A stretch of 64,000 nucleotides of DNA from contig JBHLOC010000011.1 of the NCBI GenBank assembly GCA_048940925.1, positions 1 to 64,000 of the forward strand, given 5' to 3'. Positions 58,796 to 64,000 of the stretch are shown here, piece by piece. Both the position numbers and the translations under genes were made by a program. Within the stretch, counting starts at the first letter, position 1. The number at the start of each line of letters is the position of its first letter. This DNA is from Promethearchaeota archaeon (GTDB taxonomy: Archaea; Asgardarchaeota; Lokiarchaeia; Sigyniarchaeales; SOKP01). The notes under the pieces are model-generated. The model was not told the origin of the DNA. It saw nothing but the letters and a program-made list of their open reading frames with translations, and ran no database searches.

Positions 58796-59227
58796 GTGGT
58801 ATATGTGGCTGAAACAGAAACAATAAATTTTATTGTTAAGGATAAATCATTCGAAAAGTTCGCAATGATGATGATCCTTGGAACAACAGGTGACGCTATG
58901 GATACTAAAATGAATTTTTTCTTTACTTTTTGGGGTTTAAACCTTCTAAAGAAGAATTTTAAACCTAAAGTTGCTGGGATGCCTGCTCCAATGAAAGGTA
59001 TGGCAACAAAGATGTTTAAGAAAAGAATGAAAAAATTTGGAATTGAAGATCCATGGGGAATGATTAAAGATGCTGTTGATAACGGGAATGTTAAATTATA
59101 TCCATGTCAAATGACTATGGAGTTAATGGGGATAAAACGGGAAGAATTGCTTGATTGGGTAGAAGAACCTGTTGGTGCTGCTTCATTTTTAGAAATGAGT
59201 AATGGCGGTAGAATAGTAAGTTTATAG
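58796..59227 (+). CDS. DsrE2/DrsE-type (peroxiredoxin-like) sulfur carrier
   Basis: FFFTFWGLNLL, LYPCQMTMELMG, VGAASFL; start may be GTG 58805. Confidence 0.88.
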   Translation: MVYVAETETINFIVKDKSFEKFAMMMILGTTGDAMDTKMNFFFTFWGLNLLKKNFKPKVAGMPAPMKGMATKMFKKRMKKFGIEDPWGMIKDAVDNGNVKLYPCQMTMELMGIKREELLDWVEEPVGAASFLEMSNGGRIVSL

Positions 59228-59276
59228 ATTTAAACAAAATTTTTTTTATTTTATATTTCAAAAATGGTGATGATAA

Positions 59277-59834
59277 ACGTCTGAAGTAAAAGAAGAAATA
59301 AGAGAATTTAAAACAGACGAAGATTTTGATACAGAATTTTTTAAAGATATTGAAAGAAGGTCAAATATTTGGCAGTGCATCCAATGTGGCACATGCACCG
59401 CTAGCTGTGAAAGTGGGAGATGGACTGCTTTAAAAACTCGTATAATTGTGAGAAAAGTTGTTTTAGGAGATTTATCGGTATTAAAAGATCCTGATATTTG
59501 GTTGTGTACAACATGTTATCAGTGTTATGAACGATGTCCGCGTGATGTAAGACCTACAGATGTAATTATGGAATTGCGAAATTATGCAACTAAGTTGGGT
59601 AACATTTCTCCTAATCATAGGGCTGTAGTAGGATATTTAAAGAATTTTGGACATGCTGTTCCAATAAATGAAGAAGTAAGAAAAAGACGAGTTGAATTAG
59701 GGTTAGAAGAATTACCCCCTACTGCATTTAGATTTAAACAGGAAGGGGACGATAAAGATTTGAAAAATATAGAAGAAAATTTGTTTTATTTACCTCCAAT
59801 TAAGGAGGGCAAAAAAAGTAAAGAGGAGTCTTAA
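59277..59834 (+). CDS. hdrC: Heterodisulfide reductase subunit C
   Basis: CIQCGTCTASC (upstream of the ORF-track start) and IWLCTTCYQCYERCPRDV; frame opens at ACG 59277. Confidence 0.9.
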   Translation, partial: TSEVKEEIREFKTDEDFDTEFFKDIERRSNIWQCIQCGTCTASCESGRWTALKTRIIVRKVVLGDLSVLKDPDIWLCTTCYQCYERCPRDVRPTDVIMELRNYATKLGNISPNHRAVVGYLKNFGHAVPINEEVRKRRVELGLEELPPTAFRFKQEGDDKDLKNIEENLFYLPPIKEGKKSKEES

Positions 59835-59837
59835 AAT

Positions 59838-60755
59838 ATGACGAAAGAAAATACATTTGCTTTTTTTCTTGGATGTATAATGCCTAATCGATATCCTGCG
59901 ATTGAAAAAGCGACTAAATTTGTCATGGAAAAGTTAGGATACGAGTTGTTAGAAATGGAACGTGCGACTTGTTGTCCAGCGCCTGGTGTTTTCCGTTCGT
60001 TTAACAAAGTAGATTGGATGGTAACTGCCGCAAGAAATCTATGTATTGCGGAAAAGTTGGATGCTGATATCTTGACCGTGTGCAATGGATGTTTTGGTAC
60101 GCTTCAAGAAGTAAATAGGCATTTAAAAGAAAATGAGGAACATCGAGAATTAGTGAATGAAAGGCTTAAGCTGATTGGTGATTACGAATTTAAAGGGACT
60201 ATTAACGTTCGACATGTTGCAGAAGTCTTAGGATATGAAGTAGGACCTTGGGGAATTGAGGATCATATTGTAAGAAAAGTGAATGCTAATGTTGCAGTTC
60301 ATTACGGTTGTCACTTCTTAAAGCCAACAAGGATACGTGAAATTGAAAGTTCAGAAAATCCAACTATCATTGAAGAATTTATTGGAGCTTTAGGAGTACA
60401 ATCAGTTCGATTTAAAGAACAACTTACTTGTTGCGGTGCAGGAGGCGGCGTTAAGGCATATTCTGGGGATTCAAGTATGACAATTTTCGCAGAGAAAATG
60501 AAAAACATTGACGAAGTAAAACCAGACTTCATATTGGATATCTGTCCATTCTGTCATTTACAATTTGAAACGGGGCAGGATTACTTAAACAAGAATAAAG
60601 CATGCAATTACGATTATCCTGTAATTCACCTTTCCCAGCTTGTTGCGTATTGTATGGGAATGGACCAAGAATTTGTAGGATTACAGTATCAATTAATGGG
60701 AAGAGATTATATTTTTGGCGGAGAAGAAGTTAAAAAAGGGGAGGAGGCTATTTAA
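59838..60755 (+). CDS. hdrB: Heterodisulfide reductase subunit B
   Basis: FLGC, CCPAPG, CNGC, HYGCH, CCGAGGG, CPFCHLQF. Confidence 0.95.
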   Translation: MTKENTFAFFLGCIMPNRYPAIEKATKFVMEKLGYELLEMERATCCPAPGVFRSFNKVDWMVTAARNLCIAEKLDADILTVCNGCFGTLQEVNRHLKENEEHRELVNERLKLIGDYEFKGTINVRHVAEVLGYEVGPWGIEDHIVRKVNANVAVHYGCHFLKPTRIREIESSENPTIIEEFIGALGVQSVRFKEQLTCCGAGGGVKAYSGDSSMTIFAEKMKNIDEVKPDFILDICPFCHLQFETGQDYLNKNKACNYDYPVIHLSQLVAYCMGMDQEFVGLQYQLMGRDYIFGGEEVKKGEEAI

Positions 60756-62792
60756 ATGACAATCAAAGAAGAAAAGCTAAAAGAAACAAGCGAAATTCGG
60801 AGCGAAATAGAACAAATAAAAGAAGAAGACCCACGAATTGGAGTTTTTATATGTCATTGTGGGCATAATATTGCAGGGACCGTTGATGTGGCGGATGTTG
60901 CTGAATACGCAAAAACTTTACCCAATGTTGTCAATGCAGAACATTATATGTTTATGTGCAGTAAACCAGGAGTTCAAATGGTTAAGGATTCTATTAAAGA
61001 GTTAGGAGTTAACAGAACAGTAGTGGCATCGTGTTCAAAAAATCAGCACGGAAGAACATTCGCTAATGCTATTCAAGAAATGGGATTAAACAAACATCGG
61101 CACCAGCAGGTAAATATAAGAGAATTTGACAGTTGGGTGCATCAAAAAGAAAAAGAAAAAGCTACGTTAAAGGCAAAACGATTAGTTGAAGCAGGAGTTA
61201 ATAGAGCGAGAAAACTAAAGGATGTGGAAACACGTAGAATAGGAACCACAAAAGCTGCCTTAGTAATTGGTGGGGGTATCGCTGGTCTTCGCGCATCTCA
61301 CGATCTAGCGGAATTAGGAATTCCAGTCTATCTCATAGAGCGAGAATCAACGATAGGAGGTCACATGACCCAATTGAATAAAACATTTCCTACTTTGGAA
61401 TGTCCACAATGTTCAATATCTCCACTTACTAATGGAGTTGCGAACCATCCATTAATCGAACTTTATACGAATGCACAGATAAAAGAAGTTGAAGGCTCGA
61501 TGGGTAATTTTGAAGTGGCAGTAGAGATTAAACCACGATATATTAAAGATAATTGTACTTCATGTGGAGAGTGCGCAATTCATTGTCCAGTGGAAGTTCC
61601 TAGTGAGTGGGATAAAGGCATGTCAATGAGACACGCTATTTATAAAGCCTATCCACAAGCAATTCCCGCTACTTATGTAAGAGACAAAAAGAATTGTATT
61701 GAGTGTAATACTTGCATTAATGTATGTCCCGTACAAGCTGTTGATTTTTCAATGCAACCGGAGACCAAAAGGTTTAAAGTAGGCTCAATAGTAGTAGCTG
61801 CAGGATACGAAGAATACGATCCTTCAGAGATTGAGCCATATCATTATAAACAAGAAGGATACGAAAATGTTATAACGCAACTTCAATTAGAACGAATGCT
61901 GGCTCCAGGGTCGCTTACTAACAGTCAAGTATTACGCCCATCGGATGCAAAAGTACCAAAGAATGTGGTAATGATTCAATGCGTAGGAAGCAGAAACGAT
62001 CAAGTAGGAAACCAATATTGCACTGGTGTTTGTTGTAAATTTGCTGTTAAAAACGCAAGAATTGTTAAGGAAATGTATCCTAACACAAATGTTACCATTT
62101 GTTATATCGATGTTAGGACACCTGGATTGAATTTCGAGGAACTATACAAGTCTGCTCAAGAAGTTGGAGTGCGCTTTATTAGAGGGAGACCGTCAGAAAT
62201 CATTAGAGATCCTGTCTCTGGAGAGTTAAAAGTTAGCGTTGAAGATACCTTAAGTCAAACACCTTTAAGACTTAAAGGCGATTTAGTTGTACTCTCCGCA
62301 GCGATGGTTCCACCACAAGGAATTGGTCCTTTAGGGTCAAAACTACAAGTTCTAAGGTCAAAAGAAGGATTTCTAAAAGAATTTCATATTAAAATGAATC
62401 CTACTTTAAGCAGTAAAGGGGGTATCTTTTTAGCAGGAGCAATTCAAGGACCGAAAGATATCTCAGAATCGGTTGCTCACGCAGGAAGTGCTGCAGCGAT
62501 AGCAGCTGCTCCGTTAGTAAAGGGTTATATTGAAAAAGAAATGCTAATCCCGTCTGTAGATTTAGATTTATGTGTTAGATGTGGACTGTGCAAAACCGTT
62601 TGTTCTCCTGCAGCTATTCAAATGAGTGGGGATGGAACGCCCGTGATTAACGAAGTTGCGTGTAAATCTTGCGGTATGTGCATGCCTGCGTGTCCAACTG
62701 GAGCAATACAATTGTTAAATTTTAGTGACGAACAATTATTAGATGAAATAATCGCCGTATCAGGCGGAGGTGTTATTTGCGAAAATGAGTGA
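60756..62792 (+). CDS. hdrA: Heterodisulfide reductase subunit A
   Basis: RIGVFICHCGHNI, VNIRE, GGGIAG, KTFPTLEC, ferredoxin inserts, QCVGSR, YCTGVCC, QGPKDI. Confidence 0.96.
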   Translation: MTIKEEKLKETSEIRSEIEQIKEEDPRIGVFICHCGHNIAGTVDVADVAEYAKTLPNVVNAEHYMFMCSKPGVQMVKDSIKELGVNRTVVASCSKNQHGRTFANAIQEMGLNKHRHQQVNIREFDSWVHQKEKEKATLKAKRLVEAGVNRARKLKDVETRRIGTTKAALVIGGGIAGLRASHDLAELGIPVYLIERESTIGGHMTQLNKTFPTLECPQCSISPLTNGVANHPLIELYTNAQIKEVEGSMGNFEVAVEIKPRYIKDNCTSCGECAIHCPVEVPSEWDKGMSMRHAIYKAYPQAIPATYVRDKKNCIECNTCINVCPVQAVDFSMQPETKRFKVGSIVVAAGYEEYDPSEIEPYHYKQEGYENVITQLQLERMLAPGSLTNSQVLRPSDAKVPKNVVMIQCVGSRNDQVGNQYCTGVCCKFAVKNARIVKEMYPNTNVTICYIDVRTPGLNFEELYKSAQEVGVRFIRGRPSEIIRDPVSGELKVSVEDTLSQTPLRLKGDLVVLSAAMVPPQGIGPLGSKLQVLRSKEGFLKEFHIKMNPTLSSKGGIFLAGAIQGPKDISESVAHAGSAAAIAAAPLVKGYIEKEMLIPSVDLDLCVRCGLCKTVCSPAAIQMSGDGTPVINEVACKSCGMCMPACPTGAIQLLNFSDEQLLDEIIAVSGGGVICENE

Positions 62793-63237
62793 ATGCGAAT
62801 ATATTGAGCCAGAAGTACTCGAGAAAATGGAAAATATAGTTGTATTTATGTGTAACGAATGTGGTCAGGGATCAGCAAATACGGCTGGTGTAGCCCGAAT
62901 GTCCTATAATCCAGCTATACGTATAGTTAGGGTTCAATGTACGGGACAAGTCGGTCCTATTCAAATAATGGATGCACTTGATAATGGTGCTGATGCTGTG
63001 GCCTGCATAGGCTGTTGTTTGGGTGCTTGCCACTTCTTTAACGGTAACATTCTTTCAATGCACAGAATTAAACTTTTGAAAAAATTATTCAAAGAATTAG
63101 GGTATAGCGATCAATTTGTAAATCAGTATACTTCACGAGCCGCGGAAGCAGAAACTGCGGTTGGGGATTTTGAGGATTTAGTAGAGCGTTTAGCTACAGC
63201 AATTAGAGAGGAGGGAACATTTAAAGATGGATGTTAA
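62785..63237 (+). CDS. mvhD: Methyl-viologen-reducing hydrogenase delta subunit
   Basis: CNEC, IRIVRVQCTG, GADAV, GCCLGACHF..GN; ATG 62785 overlaps the hdrA stop. Confidence 0.9.
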   Translation: MSECEYIEPEVLEKMENIVVFMCNECGQGSANTAGVARMSYNPAIRIVRVQCTGQVGPIQIMDALDNGADAVACIGCCLGACHFFNGNILSMHRIKLLKKLFKELGYSDQFVNQYTSRAAEAETAVGDFEDLVERLATAIREEGTFKDGC

Positions 63238-64000
63238 AGTGTTTCAATTTAACGGATGCAATAAATGTTTTAATGAAAGCATATTATTGAAAGGTGATTC
63301 AAGCTATAAAGTAGAGTTTGTCTCTGATCCCAGAAGTTGGAAAGAGGAAAAAGCAGATGTCTCTATAATTACTGGTTATCTATTACCGGATGATAAGGAG
63401 ATATTGAATAAAATAAAATTAAATTCAGATAAAATTATTGCTTATGGGGATTGTACGACCACAGGAGGAGTCTTTGCCTTATCAAATCAACGAGGACATG
63501 AAGTGACGCCATTGCAAGACTTAATTGATGGCGTTATAAATATTAATGGTTGTTTAGGTGAGATCGAGGAACTTCAATCTGAAATAAAAGGTGAAGAATT
63601 ACCAAAGTTGAAGAATCTATGCACAGTGTGTGGTCGTAGGAAAACTTGTGATTACCTAGAACAAGTTAATCGTCAAATAGAATTAGATGACGAAGAAAAG
63701 TGTTTTAATGATCTTGGATACCTATGCAATGGGTTTATTGCTAAAGAATGTAAAGAACGATGTATAGATTACAATGCTCCATGTCGTGGCTGCAAGCCAA
63801 CAATTGAACGCTCGGGAATTCGAATGTTAGGGATGTTTGGTACACTAATGGGTAATATCGAAGTTGCCACAGAACATTCTGAAAAAGGAGCCACAGATAA
63901 ATTAGCAGATAAAGACGACGAAATTACAGCGAGCTTACCAGATGTAATTGGAAATTTCTTTAGATTCACACTTCCCAAATCAGGTTTACCTAAAGGGAGG
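63227..64000 (+). CDS. mvhG: [NiFe]-hydrogenase small subunit MvhG-like (partial; runs off the window; not in ORF track)
   Basis: Manual translation MDVKVFQFNGCNKC...AYGDCTTTGG...NGC...CTVC...CFNDLGYLCNG...C..RC...NAPCRGC. Confidence 0.82.
   Translation, partial: MDVKVFQFNGCNKCFNESILLKGDSSYKVEFVSDPRSWKEEKADVSIITGYLLPDDKEILNKIKLNSDKIIAYGDCTTTGGVFALSNQRGHEVTPLQDLIDGVININGCLGEIEELQSEIKGEELPKLKNLCTVCGRRKTCDYLEQVNRQIELDDEEKCFNDLGYLCNGFIAKECKERCIDYNAPCRGCKPTIERSGIRMLGMFGTLMGNIEVATEHSEKGATDKLADKDDEITASLPDVIGNFFRFTLPKSGLPKGR

Noticed and set aside
3105-63978. The many other 60-130 aa ORFs nested in or antisense to long genes (e.g. 3105, 4284, 14820, 29823, 37273, 46524, 59831, 63769)
   Set aside because: They overlap well-supported genes and show no motifs.
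59277-64000. Selenocysteine recoding in hdr/mvh genes
   Set aside because: HdrA, HdrB, MvhD and MvhG frames have no in-frame TGA; Cys is used. The TGAs before hdrC are followed by TAA.
1-64000. Classical mobile element (IS, integrase, provirus) explaining the direct repeats
   Set aside because: No transposase, recombinase, terminal inverted repeats or viral genes recognised in the window; a trans-acting enzyme elsewhere cannot be excluded.

Overview
AT-rich archaeal window that I infer comes from an Asgard archaeon (Lokiarchaeia/Promethearchaeia-like). The basis is the longin-GTPase, RING, LRR/PCI/TIR and cyclin-fold proteins, NosD surface proteins with an IPGY-TM sorting tail, and GGTGA ribosome-binding sites. 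Housekeeping and metabolic genes (purD, CDP-alcohol phosphatidyltransferase, M32 carboxypeptidase, TrmJ-like, gpmA, transporters, hydrolases) alternate with accessory cassettes. Main observations: (1) A Toll-like-receptor-style single-pass protein (peptide-binding SBP family 5 ectodomain, FN3, TM, helical region, PCI-like winged helix, TIR) lies convergent with an LRR-PCI-appendage-like protein, on a ~6.6 kb block bracketed by a direct repeat of the gpmA 5' end (77 bp identical). (2) At least five accessory cassettes are each flanked by diverged duplicates of a neighbouring gene end, with no integrase or transposase in view, suggesting repeated homology-guided additive gene capture. (3) A gene cluster divergent from an Lrp regulator joins a sulfur relay (TusA, DsrEFH, DsrE2-type) to HdrCBA-MvhDG. 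(4) Four genes have reading frames that need non-canonical start codons (ACG, ATA, ATT). (5) A longin-GTPase / HEAT / longin cluster is present. No rRNA, tRNA or CRISPR array was recognised. All family assignments come from motif recognition by eye, without database searches.
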